In this document: in pieces, positions 17,893 to 29,020 of the stretch
Numbering within the stretch: the stretch's first letter is position 1
Layout of the letters: every line of letters starts with the position of its first letter
Assembly: GCA_963808235.1 (NCBI GenBank)
Contig: CAWEEQ010000001.1
Coordinates: forward strand, 32,001-96,000
From: an uncultured delta proteobacterium
GTDB taxonomy: Bacteria > Desulfobacterota > Binatia > Binatales > Binataceae
Direction of reading: 5' to 3'
Length of the DNA: 64,000 nucleotides
Translations under genes and position numbers: made by a program
Notes under the pieces: generated by a model
Told to the model about the DNA's origin: nothing
The model's database searches: none
Seen by the model: the letters and a program-made list of their open reading frames with translations, nothing else

Positions 17893-19203
17893 ATGCCGAT
17901 ATCACACATCCCTTCGTGCGACACTATTGTGGTGCTTGCGCCGCATACGCGCGACGGTGCGACTATGCTCGCCAAGAATAGCGATCGGCCGACGCGCGAG
18001 TGCCAGCCGCTGTTTCAGTCATCGCGCCGTCGCTATCCTGAGGGCGCGACTGTCAGCTGTCAGTATCTGGAGATTCCACAAGTCGCGACGACCGCCGCGG
18101 TGATCGGCTCGCGGCCGTTCTGGCTGTGGGGATTCGAGCATGGACTAAACGAGCATGGGGTCGCGATCGGCAACGAAGCGGTTCTGACGCGCGAGAGGCT
18201 GCCGGCGACGGGTTTGCTCGGGATGGACCTGGTGCGCCTCGGACTCGAGCGCTCGCGGACCGCGCGCGAGGCGACTGAAGTTATAGGCGCATTGATCGAA
18301 CGCTTCGGGCAGGGCGGTTCAGGTGAATATGACAGAGACTTTCGCTACTCCGGCGGATTCATTATCGCCGATCATGGCGAGGCCTACGTGCTGGAAAGCT
18401 CTGGGCGCCAATGGATTGCTCGCACGGTTCGCGATCGCGCGTGTATCTCGAATCGTCTTACACTCGAATCGTATGAGCTGAGCTCCCCAGATGCGCAGAC
18501 TCATGCGCGCGAGTGCGGATGGTGGGATGGCGAATCATCTTTCGACTTCGCCGCCGCGTACTCGAGCAGGAGTGCGGGCAAGGACAAGGACGATCCGCTG
18601 GTGGCGCGTGAACGGCTGGCGCGCAGCCGCGAACTCGTCGGGCGAAACGGACGCCGCACTCTTCGCGAGATGCTCGCGATACTGCGCGATCATGGCGGGC
18701 GCGGCGAAATGCCGCCCGCCGGCACGCTCGAGTCGCGGGACTCGTCGCCGACGCTCTGCATGCATCGCTCGGCAGGAGGCACGACCGCGAGCATGGTCGC
18801 GGAACTCCCGGCGCCGGATGCGGACACGATCCCAACAATGTGGGCGTCACTCGCGGCGCCGTGCACATCGATCGCGTTTCCGTTGTTCGTCACCGGCGCG
18901 CTTCCTCCGATTCTCACCGCTGGCGGCGAGAGAGTTTCGTCCGACTCGCCATGGTGGCGCTTCAAGAAGATACAGGACCTCGTGGCTGCGGCGCCCGAGC
19001 GCCTCGCGCCGATCGCATGGAAACATTTCCGGCCCCTCGAAGCTGCGATGCTCGAACGGATCGCCGAAGTGCGCGAGCGAGCACGGCACCTCGATCCGGC
19101 CGGGCGCGAGAAACTGCTCAGCGAATGCATGGCGCAAAATATCGTGCGCGTGCTGAATGCGCAGGCGGCCGCGGAGGCGGAACTCATCCACGTGGCGACT
19201 TAG
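17893..19203 (+). CDS. Secernin-like / peptidase C69 Ntn-hydrolase
   Basis: SCDTIVVL, AKNSDR, WLWGFEHGLNEHGVAIGNEAV and LLGMDLVRLGLER motifs. Confidence 0.88.
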   Translation: MPISHIPSCDTIVVLAPHTRDGATMLAKNSDRPTRECQPLFQSSRRRYPEGATVSCQYLEIPQVATTAAVIGSRPFWLWGFEHGLNEHGVAIGNEAVLTRERLPATGLLGMDLVRLGLERSRTAREATEVIGALIERFGQGGSGEYDRDFRYSGGFIIADHGEAYVLESSGRQWIARTVRDRACISNRLTLESYELSSPDAQTHARECGWWDGESSFDFAAAYSSRSAGKDKDDPLVARERLARSRELVGRNGRRTLREMLAILRDHGGRGEMPPAGTLESRDSSPTLCMHRSAGGTTASMVAELPAPDADTIPTMWASLAAPCTSIAFPLFVTGALPPILTAGGERVSSDSPWWRFKKIQDLVAAAPERLAPIAWKHFRPLEAAMLERIAEVRERARHLDPAGREKLLSECMAQNIVRVLNAQAAAEAELIHVAT

Positions 19204-19315
19204 AGAACCGTTTTTTACGTCAGAGCCCTTCGGGGGCTTGCTCCGTGGTCGGTAGGGGCGCTACTCAACAGATACCGGACTCGAATCGCGAATTTAACGG
19301 GAGATTTTCCAAGCA

Positions 19316-20504
19316 ATGGATTTTACCTGGACGGCTGAACAGGACGCTTATCGGATGGATGTGCGGCGCTGGCTCGAAGAGAATCGGCCACAGTCGCTTG
19401 CGCGCGGCGAAGACGCGGAAGCGGGCGGCGACGACGCAATCTGGCAGCGCCTGAAACAGTGGCACAAAAAGCTCTATCACGCGGGATGGGCCGGTCTTAC
19501 CTGGCCCAAAGAATACGGCGGCCGCGGCGCCACGTTTATTGAACAGGTCATCTTCCAGCAGGAACTCGGGCGGCTCAACTTGCCGATGGGATGCAACGTG
19601 CTCGGCGTGATCATGACCGGTCCGGCGCTGATGCAGTGGGGGTCCGACGCGCAGAAAAAGCGCTACCTTAATCCGATCCTCGCCGGCGACGAGATCTGGT
19701 GCGAGGGGATGTCGGAGCCGGGCGCTGGCTCGGACCTGGCGTCGATCCAGTGCCGCGCGGAGCTCAAGGGCGACGAGTTTGTCGTCAATGGGCAGAAAGT
19801 CTGGACAACGATCGCGCATCGATCGGACTTCGTGCAGCTTTTCGTGCGCACAGATCCCGACGCGCCGAAGCATAAGGGGATGAGCGCGTTGCTGGTCGAT
19901 ATGAAAGCGCCGGGCGTGACGGTCCGTCCGCTCAAACAAATTACCGGCGACAGCGAGTTCAACGAGATCTTTTTCGAAGACGTGCGCGTGCCCAAGGAAA
20001 ATCTGCTCGGCCCGATCAACATGGGATGGCAGGTGCTGGTCTCGACTCTGATGCATGAGCGATTCGGAATCGGCGAGACGCTCGGCGGCACCGAACAGTT
20101 GCTGCATCAGCTGGTTCAGATCGCGAAGGCGGTGAAGCTAAACGGCCGGCCGGCGATCGAAGACAACGATATCCGCCAGCAGATCGCGCAATTCGCGATC
20201 GAAGCGACCGCGAAAAAGTACAACGGACTCCGGAGTCTGTCGAAACGCCTTAAGGGTCAGCAACCCGGACCGGAGGCGTCGATCTCCAAGCTGCTGTCAA
20301 CCGACCTCGGCCAGACGGATGACGAAATTCGTGCCGCGGTTGCTCGGCGAGTATGCGTTTCTCGAGCGGCATACGCCGTATGCCCCCGACGGCGACTGGA
20401 TGCGCCGGATTCTGGCGTCGGAATCGATGACGATTGCGGGCGGCACTTCGCCGGTGCAGAAAAACATGATCGGCGAGCGCATCCTGCAACTTCCCAAGGG
20501 CTGA
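19316..20504 (+). CDS. Acyl-CoA dehydrogenase; apparent 1-nt frameshift near 20315
   Basis: WPKEYGGRG, SEPGAGSDLA, NGQKVWT, FNEIFFEDVRVP; TIAGGTS..QKNMIGERIL in the second frame. Confidence 0.92.
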
Positions 20505-20532
20505 GAATCAAACAATCAATTCGTTGCACGAC

Positions 20533-20563
20533 AAGAGGCGGTTCATCTGAGCCGCCTTTTTTT
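20533..20563 (+). terminator. Rho-independent terminator
   Basis: AGGCGGTTCA-TC-TGAGCCGCCT hairpin followed by a T-tract. Confidence 0.75.
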
Positions 20564-20592
20564 CGATTAGAAAGCTTTGGAGGGCTTCGAAG

Positions 20593-21933
20593 ATGGTTCG
20601 CAAAACAATCCGCTCGCTCGCCTGCAAACCCGTCGTTCTGTGCGCCGCGTTATGTCTGACGATCGCGTCGCCTGCGGCTGCGGCAGTTCCCGGCGCGGCA
20701 AAGTTCGACGGCGCCGATACCGCGTGGCTGCTGCTCTGCTCGGCGCTGGTCCTGATGATGACGATCCCCGGGCTCGCGCTCTTTTACGGCGGGATGGTGC
20801 GGCGCAAGAACGTGCTCTCGACCTTGATGCAGAGTTTCATCCTGGTTGCGATCGTGTCGATCCAATGGGTGCTGTTCGGCTACAGCCTCGCGTTCTCGCC
20901 GGGGAGCGCTCTTGTCGGCGCGCTCACGTGGGCCGGACTGAATGGCGTTAGCGCGGCGGTGCCGTACGCCGCCTATTCGGCGACTGTGCCGCACCAGGCG
21001 TACATGATTTACCAGTGCATGTTCGCGGTGATCACGCCGGCACTAATCACCGGCGCGATCGCGGAGCGGATGTCATTCAAGGGCTTCCTGGTTTTCAGCA
21101 TCCTGTGGGTCACGCTGATTTATGATCCGCTCGCGCACTGGGTGTGGGGCGTCGGCGGATGGATTCATGAAATGGGCGCGCTCGATTTCGCCGGCGGCAC
21201 CGTGGTTCACATCTCATCGGGTGTTGCCGCGCTGGCGGGTGCTCTGATGGTCGGTCCGCGCCGCGGATATCTGCGCGAGCCGATGCCGCCGCACAACCTG
21301 ACCATGACCGTAACCGGCGCGGGATTGCTGTGGGTCGGATGGTTCGGATTCAACGCCGGGAGTGCGCTCGCGGCCAACGGTCTCGCGGTGTCGGCCTTTG
21401 TCGCGACGCATCTTGGCGCCGCGGCCGCGACGCTTACCTGGGTCGGCGCGGAATGGTGGATCGGCGGGAAGCCAACCGTGCTGGGCGCGGCGAGTGGCGC
21501 GGTGGCGGGCCTGGTTGCGATAACGCCGGCGGCGGGTTACGTCGGCCCGCTTCCCGCGATAGTAATCGGCGCCGTCGCGGGCGCGCTCTGCTACAGCGCG
21601 GTGCGGATGAAATCGCACTTTGGCTACGACGACGCGCTCGACGTGGTCGGCGTGCACGCGGTCGGCGGGATATGGGGCGCGCTCGCGACCGGGCTCTTTG
21701 CGAGCGTGTTGGTCAATACCGCCGGCGCAAACGGTCTCTTCTATGGAAATCCGCGCCAACTATTGATTCAGGCGATCGCGGTTGTCGCGAGCATGGCGTT
21801 CTCGTTCGTCGGGAGCATCGCGCTCTTCAAGGTCACGGATGCGCTCGTAGGAATTCGAGTGATCGATGAGTCGGAGCAAGTCGGACTCGATCTCAGCGAG
21901 CATGAGGAAGCGGCGTACGCATTCGAGGCGTGA
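20593..21933 (+). CDS. amtB: Ammonium transporter
   Basis: PGLALFYGG, DFAGGTVVH, GWFGFNAGS and DDALDVVGVH motifs; both pore His present. Confidence 0.95.
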   Translation: MVRKTIRSLACKPVVLCAALCLTIASPAAAAVPGAAKFDGADTAWLLLCSALVLMMTIPGLALFYGGMVRRKNVLSTLMQSFILVAIVSIQWVLFGYSLAFSPGSALVGALTWAGLNGVSAAVPYAAYSATVPHQAYMIYQCMFAVITPALITGAIAERMSFKGFLVFSILWVTLIYDPLAHWVWGVGGWIHEMGALDFAGGTVVHISSGVAALAGALMVGPRRGYLREPMPPHNLTMTVTGAGLLWVGWFGFNAGSALAANGLAVSAFVATHLGAAAATLTWVGAEWWIGGKPTVLGAASGAVAGLVAITPAAGYVGPLPAIVIGAVAGALCYSAVRMKSHFGYDDALDVVGVHAVGGIWGALATGLFASVLVNTAGANGLFYGNPRQLLIQAIAVVASMAFSFVGSIALFKVTDALVGIRVIDESEQVGLDLSEHEEAAYAFEA

Positions 21934-21980
21934 ATGCGTTTGCTTGATACCGCGGCTGGTCGTGGTTTAAGAATCGCGGC

Positions 21981-23012
21981 ATGAGTACGCATGACGTGAA
22001 ACCGCTGGCCGAACAGATCGCGGTGGTTGCGGGCGCGACGCGCGGGGCTGGACGCGGCATCGCCACGATGCTTGGCGCGGCGGGCGCTACTGTCTATTGC
22101 ACCGGCCGCAGCACCCGTGGAAATCCACCGACGCCTGGCAGACCCGAGACGATCGAGGAGACCGCGGAGTTGGTGACCGCGGCAGGCGGTAAGGGCATCG
22201 CGGTCAGAGTCGATCACACAATTGCGGATGAAGTCCGCGCTCTGTTTGAACGGGTCGAGCAGGAATCCCGGCGGCTCGACATCTTGGTCAATGACATCTG
22301 GGGAGGCGACGAGCTGAGCGAGTGGGGCAAGCCATTCTGGAAACTCGATCCCGGCAAAGGCCTCAGGATGCAGGAGTTGGCGGTGCAGACGCATATTCTG
22401 ACCGCCCGTTTCGGCGCGCCGATGATGGTGCGGCAGAAGTCGGGACTGATCGTCGAGATCACCGACGGGATGCATCTCGACTACCGCGGCAATCTGTTTT
22501 ACGACCTCGCAAAAATCTCCACGATCCGGCTCGCGTATGCGATGGCCGCCGAGCTTCGCAGGCATAATGTCGTGGCGTTGGCGCTGACGCCAGGTTTTCT
22601 CCGATCGGAAGCGATGCTCGATGGGTTCGGAGTGACTGAAGCAAACTGGCGCGACGCAATTGCGAAGAATCCAGATTTCGCCGAGTCGGAGACTCCGGCT
22701 TACGTCGGCCGGGCTCTAGTCGCTCTCGCGATCGATCCAGACGTTGCGCTCAAGGCGGGAAAAGTCTGCGCAAGCTGGACGCTCGCGCGCGAGTACGGCT
22801 TCAACGATATTGACGGCCGTCAACCGGACTGGGGCGCGCATTTCGCACGCACGGTGGCGGGCATTCTCGATCGCGGCGGCCCGAGCAACAGATACGAGGA
22901 GTCGCGAGTCTGGAGCCGCTACGAGCAGATTCGCGGCGAGCCGCACAATACCGAGGAGGCCGAACGGCTTGCCGCCGCGCTTGCCCGCGCGGGCGTATCG
23001 ATTCTTCCTTGA
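21981..23012 (+). CDS. SDR family oxidoreductase with a C-terminal extension
   Basis: AGATRGAGRG, LVNDIWGG and YDLAK motifs. Confidence 0.9.
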   Translation: MSTHDVKPLAEQIAVVAGATRGAGRGIATMLGAAGATVYCTGRSTRGNPPTPGRPETIEETAELVTAAGGKGIAVRVDHTIADEVRALFERVEQESRRLDILVNDIWGGDELSEWGKPFWKLDPGKGLRMQELAVQTHILTARFGAPMMVRQKSGLIVEITDGMHLDYRGNLFYDLAKISTIRLAYAMAAELRRHNVVALALTPGFLRSEAMLDGFGVTEANWRDAIAKNPDFAESETPAYVGRALVALAIDPDVALKAGKVCASWTLAREYGFNDIDGRQPDWGAHFARTVAGILDRGGPSNRYEESRVWSRYEQIRGEPHNTEEAERLAAALARAGVSILP

Positions 23013-23027
23013 TCACGGTTGCCGTGA

Positions 23028-23273
23028 TCACCGCTGCATCGCCTGGAAGATGAACGGGCCGGCTTCGGTCATCACTTCACCTAAAATTTCCTGCAACGGC
23101 TTGCTCGGCATTTCGAGTTTTTCGGTGAGCGACTTCATCACCATCAAATAGCTCTGCTTCATCGGCGGGCTTATCGTCTCGAGCCTGATGTTTTCCATCG
23201 CGGCGACGAAGCGGCGATGGATCTCGACAATCGCGAGGTCAGTGGGATCGGTAAGCTTTTTTGCGCGTCGCAT
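23028..23273 (-). CDS. 81-aa hypothetical helical protein directly downstream of rodA
   Basis: GAGG RBS; 24-bp gap to rodA; normal codon usage. Confidence 0.65.
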   Translation of the reverse strand: MRRAKKLTDPTDLAIVEIHRRFVAAMENIRLETISPPMKQSYLMVMKSLTEKLEMPSKPLQEILGEVMTEAGPFIFQAMQR

Positions 23274-23297
23274 GGTGGGTAAACCTCGAGAAGAAAA

Positions 23298-24404
23298 TCA
23301 GAACAGGTAGCGGCGGGTGTTGATGTTGATCAGGATGCCCATCGCGGCCATCATCGCGATGAGCGACGATCCTCCGTAGCTGACCAGCGGCAGCGTGATT
23401 CCGACCACCGGCAGCATCCCGGTCGCCATCCCGATGTTGATCGCCACCTGCCAGAACACGATCGCGGTGAGTCCGACCGCGAGCAGGGCGCCGAAGCGAT
23501 CGCGCGCGTGGCGGGCAATCCATGCGCCGCGCGCGATCACGCTTGCGTAGAGTGTCAACAATACGAGCGCGCCGGCGAGGCCGAACTCCTCGGCGAAAAC
23601 CGCGAAAATAAAATCGGTGCTCTGCTCGGGCAGAAAATTAAGCCGCGCCTGGGTGCCCTTCAGGAAGCCCTTGCCGAACGGACCGCCCGCGCCGATCGCG
23701 ATTTCCGACTGGATGATGTGATAGCCGGAGCCGAGCGGATCGGCCTGCGGATTGATGAAGCTTACCAGGCGCTGGCGCTGGTACGGTTTCAGGTAATGCC
23801 AACTGAGCGGCGCCGCGAGCATCGCAGCCAGCCCGAGCATCAGCATCGTGCGCCAATTGAGTCCGCCGACGCATACCAGGGTCGTGGTAATCAGAACCAG
23901 AACGAGTCCGGTGCCGAGGTCGGGCTGTTTGAGCACGAGTGCCGCGGGGACGCCGAGCAGCACAAACGGGATGATCATCTGGCGCAGTCCCCATCCGCCT
24001 TTCGGCGGTTCCTCGCGCAGATACCGGACCATCACGAGCACCACGGCCAACTTTGCGAGCTCGGAGGGTTCGAGGTGGAAGAAGCCCAGGTTGATCCATC
24101 GACGCGATCCGCCAGTCGCATGACCGGCGACCATCACGGCGATCAGAAGTCCGAGCACGGCGATGTAGAACGGATAGGCGTAGGTCTGGAGCGCGCGATA
24201 ATCGACGAAGACTGCGATCAGCATCGCGCCGGTTCCGGCGGCAATCCAAATCAACTGGCGCACGACCAGCGGATCCCAGGTGCGATGAGAGCCGGCGTAC
24301 GAAGCACTGATGACGCTTACCAGGCCGACTCCGGCCAGGGCCAGCACGAGGATGAACATCGTCCAGTCGAAATGCAGGATGTATCTGCGATCGCCGCTCG
24401 CCAT
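23298..24404 (-). CDS. rodA: Rod shape-determining SEDS transglycosylase RodA
   Basis: RRWI, EPSELAK, QPDLGT, LPEQSTDFIF and PLVSYGGSS motifs; follows PBP2. Confidence 0.96.
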   Translation of the reverse strand: MASGDRRYILHFDWTMFILVLALAGVGLVSVISASYAGSHRTWDPLVVRQLIWIAAGTGAMLIAVFVDYRALQTYAYPFYIAVLGLLIAVMVAGHATGGSRRWINLGFFHLEPSELAKLAVVLVMVRYLREEPPKGGWGLRQMIIPFVLLGVPAALVLKQPDLGTGLVLVLITTTLVCVGGLNWRTMLMLGLAAMLAAPLSWHYLKPYQRQRLVSFINPQADPLGSGYHIIQSEIAIGAGGPFGKGFLKGTQARLNFLPEQSTDFIFAVFAEEFGLAGALVLLTLYASVIARGAWIARHARDRFGALLAVGLTAIVFWQVAINIGMATGMLPVVGITLPLVSYGGSSLIAMMAAMGILININTRRYLF

Positions 24405-24437
24405 CAGCGCAAAGCCTCTGTCATCGACGCATTCCCG

Positions 24438-26315
24438 TCATTGCGAGTCGTTATCGAGCACGCGCGCGATTTCGGGCTTCGGCGGCGGAGGATAGAGCTG
24501 AAAGAAACGCTGGAACACGTCGTGAATCACAGGCGCGGACGCACTGCCGCCGTGACCGCCATGCTCGATGATGCAGGCGGCGGCGATTTTTGGATGATCC
24601 TTCGGCGCGAACGCGATGAACCATGCGTGGTCCTTGAACTGCTCGGGAGTTTTGTCGTCGGTCTCTTCCTCGCCAGTCGACTTACTGCCGACGACCTGCG
24701 CGGTGCCGGTCTTGCCGCATACGATCACATCGTCGAGATGAGCCTTGTGAGCGGTGCCGCCGGCGCCGTTGACGACGTCGGCCATCGCGTCCTTAACCGT
24801 TTCTAGCGCGGCTGGATCGATCGCGATACGGGTTTCAACTATGGGCGGATACGACTTGGTGATGCTGCCGTCGAGACCTTCGACGGACTTGACGAACTGC
24901 GGCCGATAGCGGGTGCCGCCGTTGGCGACGATCGCCGCAACTTGGGCCATCTGCAGCGGGGTGGTTGCGACGTAGCCCTGGCCTATGGCAACCGAAAGCG
25001 TCTCCGCGGGATACCATCGCTCGTGAAACCGCTTCTGCTTCCACGCCGAGGACGGAATGGTTCCGGGGTTTTCGCGATCGAGATCGATTCCGCTTTTGAT
25101 TCCGAGCCCCATCTTGTTCGCCCACTTGGCGATTCGATCGACGCCGAGCTTCTGGCCGACATCGTAGAAGTAAACGTCGCATGAGCGGACGATCGCGTCG
25201 TGCAGCTCGATTGTGCCGTGGCCCTGCTTGCGCCAGCAGTGGTACTCGCGCCCGCCGAACCACAGACCGCCGGGACAGTTGTACGCGGTTTGAGTGTTGA
25301 GGGTGCCTTCCTGGAGTCCGGCTATCGAATCGACAATTTTGAACGTCGACCCGGGCGGATAGATTCCCTGGATCACCCGATTTTGCAGCGGATGCTGCGG
25401 GTCGGTCATCAACTCCCGCCACGCCGACGCTTTCACGCCGCCGCCAAAGATGTCGGGGTCGAAGGCCGGATGCGAGACCATCGCGAGCACGTCGCCGTTG
25501 TTGGGATCGAGCGCCACGAAAGCGCCGTTCTTGCCGGCCATTGCCTGCTCAGCGGCTTCCTGGAGGTTGAGATCGATCGTCATGATGATGTTCTGTCCGG
25601 GCTTGTCGGCAATTTCCTTGAGTATCCGGAGCCGGCGACCGACCGCGTCAACTTCGATCTCTTGTCCGCCCGCGTCGCCGCGCAGATAACCTTCGCTGAC
25701 CCGCTCGAGGCCGAATTTTCCGATCTCGTCGCCGTTGTGATAGTCGGCCTTCGCGATGAGATCGTTCTTGGTAACCTCGCCGACGTAGCCGAGCAGATGC
25801 GCCGCGAGTTGTCCGTACAGGTAATGGCGCGCCGGCGTGATTTCGAGACTGACGCCCGGAAGTTCGAGCTGATGGGTCTCGAGGGCGACCACCTGTTGCC
25901 ATCCCAGGCGTTCGGCAACGGTGACCGGATCGTAAGGAGGTCGACCCTCTTGCTCGGCGTCGGAAATCTTATCGGCGATATCATCCGCGCCGGTAAAGCG
26001 CTGGAGCTTTTCGATCGTATCGGAAAGATTATCCGAATCCTCGGGAACGATTACCGCGTCGAATGACGGCCGGGTATCGACCAGCGGCCGATGATTGCGA
26101 TCGAAGACCAGACCGCGCGGCGCCGGCACGCGCCGGATTCGAATCCGATTGCGGTCGGCCAACTCGACGTTGTCCTTATGATGGAGGACTTGCAGGTAGT
26201 AGAGGCGAACCGAGACCAGGCCGAAGAGCAGGATCATCAGCATGGTCATCGTCGCGATGCGAGAATCCAGCTTCGGGACCGGCCGACTGCTATTTGAACT
26301 GCGGAACTTCGCCAC
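24438..26315 (-). CDS. mrdA: Penicillin-binding protein 2
   Basis: PAPRG, PPGSTFK (SxxK), SCD and GKTGTAQ motifs. Confidence 0.96.
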   Translation of the reverse strand: MAKFRSSNSSRPVPKLDSRIATMTMLMILLFGLVSVRLYYLQVLHHKDNVELADRNRIRIRRVPAPRGLVFDRNHRPLVDTRPSFDAVIVPEDSDNLSDTIEKLQRFTGADDIADKISDAEQEGRPPYDPVTVAERLGWQQVVALETHQLELPGVSLEITPARHYLYGQLAAHLLGYVGEVTKNDLIAKADYHNGDEIGKFGLERVSEGYLRGDAGGQEIEVDAVGRRLRILKEIADKPGQNIIMTIDLNLQEAAEQAMAGKNGAFVALDPNNGDVLAMVSHPAFDPDIFGGGVKASAWRELMTDPQHPLQNRVIQGIYPPGSTFKIVDSIAGLQEGTLNTQTAYNCPGGLWFGGREYHCWRKQGHGTIELHDAIVRSCDVYFYDVGQKLGVDRIAKWANKMGLGIKSGIDLDRENPGTIPSSAWKQKRFHERWYPAETLSVAIGQGYVATTPLQMAQVAAIVANGGTRYRPQFVKSVEGLDGSITKSYPPIVETRIAIDPAALETVKDAMADVVNGAGGTAHKAHLDDVIVCGKTGTAQVVGSKSTGEEETDDKTPEQFKDHAWFIAFAPKDHPKIAAACIIEHGGHGGSASAPVIHDVFQRFFQLYPPPPKPEIARVLDNDSQ

Positions 26316-26334
26316 CTATGGTTCCCGCCTATAT

Positions 26335-26841
26335 CTATTCACGCGCCGCTCGCGCAGGCAATCCTAACGCCCGCTTGCTGCCTTTCAACATCGAAAAGAC
26401 AATCGGCGCGACCATCGCCGAGATAGCGGCCTGAAGCGCCAGCGACGGCATTATCGCGCCCGTATCGCCGAGCGCATTGAAGCCGGCTCCGATGGCGATC
26501 GCGCCGAGCGCGGTCGCGATCACGCCAAAAAAAACCACCGTCGCGCCCACGAATGCATTGGTCACCAGCATCCGGCTCGAGATCTCGTAACTGACCAAAA
26601 ACACCATCGTCACCATGAAGGCGTTGAGTCCCGGATTCGAGCCGGCCAGCGCGTCAGTCGCGTAGCCCATTGAAAATGCGATTAACGCGGGCAATACGCC
26701 GTGATGGCGAAAGCCCAGATCGACCGCGAGAATAATTATCAGGTTCGGAATCACCGAGCGGACCGAAATCAGATGCGGCAGCGCGGTTTCAAACGCCAAT
26801 CCCAGTATCGCAAACAATCCAAACAGCAGAATAAGGCGCAA
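26335..26841 (-). CDS. mreD: Rod shape-determining protein MreD
   Basis: Hydrophobic 168-aa protein between mreC and mrdA; PNLIIIL and G..TD motifs. Confidence 0.85.
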   Translation of the reverse strand: MRLILLFGLFAILGLAFETALPHLISVRSVIPNLIIILAVDLGFRHHGVLPALIAFSMGYATDALAGSNPGLNAFMVTMVFLVSYEISSRMLVTNAFVGATVVFFGVIATALGAIAIGAGFNALGDTGAIMPSLALQAAISAMVAPIVFSMLKGSKRALGLPARAARE

Positions 26842-26846
26842 CGTTC

Positions 26847-27698
26847 TCAGCCCTTGACCGCCGGATCGTCGATGTGCGGCGGTGGCTGAGTGACGATCAG
26901 CACCTGTTCGAGTCCCTTGAATTCAACCGCCGGTGCGATCGACACCTTGAGGAACAGCCCCGGACCCTCGCGACGGACGTTCTTGATCGTTCCGACCAGC
27001 AGCCCGCGCGGGAAAATTCCGTCGAGACCCGAGGTAACCACGGTGTCGCCGTTGCGGATGTCCTGCGAGCGGTCGGTGTATTTGAGGGTCAGGCCCTCAT
27101 CGACAACGCCCGCAACGATCCCGCGCGCGCGCGAGCGCTGGTCGAAGCCGTCGAGCGCGGAATTGTGATCATCGATCAGCAGCACTCGCGAGGCGTGCGG
27201 ACTGACTGCGATTATCTTGCCGACCACGCCCTGGTTGGACAGCACCGCCATTCCGGCACGGAGTCCTTCGCTCTCGCCCGATGCGAGGATGAGGGTATGC
27301 GACAGGCCGGTCGCGTCGCTGCCGATCACGTTGGCGGCGACGGCGTTCGCGCCGAGCACGTCCTTGAGATCGAGCAGCGAGCTCAGATGGCTGTTCTCGG
27401 CCTCGAGCTCGGCAAGGCGCGCGCGGTCGCTGGTGGCCTGGGCAAGCTGGGTGCGCAAGCGAGCGTTTTCCTCGCGCACGTGAACGAGATCCAGGTAGTC
27501 GTTCACCATGGCCGAGGCTCCGGATGAAAAATGGATGAAGCCGGCATCGAGCGGGCGGACCATTTCCAGGAACGCCGACTCGGGTCGCGCGGCGAGATCG
27601 CCGGGGTGAACCCCGGTCGAGATCAGATGAAGCGACAGGATAAGCAGCGCGCCGCTGGTCAGCAGCACCCGGTTGCGCCAGAGAAAGCTGCCTCTCAC
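26847..27698 (-). CDS. mreC: Rod shape-determining protein MreC
   Basis: TM anchor, coiled coil (EENARL), VVTSGLDGIFPRGLLVG. Confidence 0.94.
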   Translation of the reverse strand: MRGSFLWRNRVLLTSGALLILSLHLISTGVHPGDLAARPESAFLEMVRPLDAGFIHFSSGASAMVNDYLDLVHVREENARLRTQLAQATSDRARLAELEAENSHLSSLLDLKDVLGANAVAANVIGSDATGLSHTLILASGESEGLRAGMAVLSNQGVVGKIIAVSPHASRVLLIDDHNSALDGFDQRSRARGIVAGVVDEGLTLKYTDRSQDIRNGDTVVTSGLDGIFPRGLLVGTIKNVRREGPGLFLKVSIAPAVEFKGLEQVLIVTQPPPHIDDPAVKG

Positions 27699-27751
27699 GT
27701 CAATAGCGCCCGACGCGCGCGATGAGTTTCAGTTAGATTCCGCAGTTCTCG

Positions 27752-28882
<1,131 letters not shown>

Positions 28883-29020
28883 TCAAAGAATTTCCGGCAG
28901 AGAAATAATTCGGGTCCGTCCCAATTCTGCTGACAGACACGGTAACAACTGACGAGCAGGCAAGCAAGCAAGCTTGCGCAATTGCGAACGGAAAAGACGG
29001 TAAAGTATGATAACTGCGCA

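Noticed and set aside
20593-21933. amt gene without an adjacent glnK
   Set aside because: Orphan amt paralogues are common, so this is not informative alone
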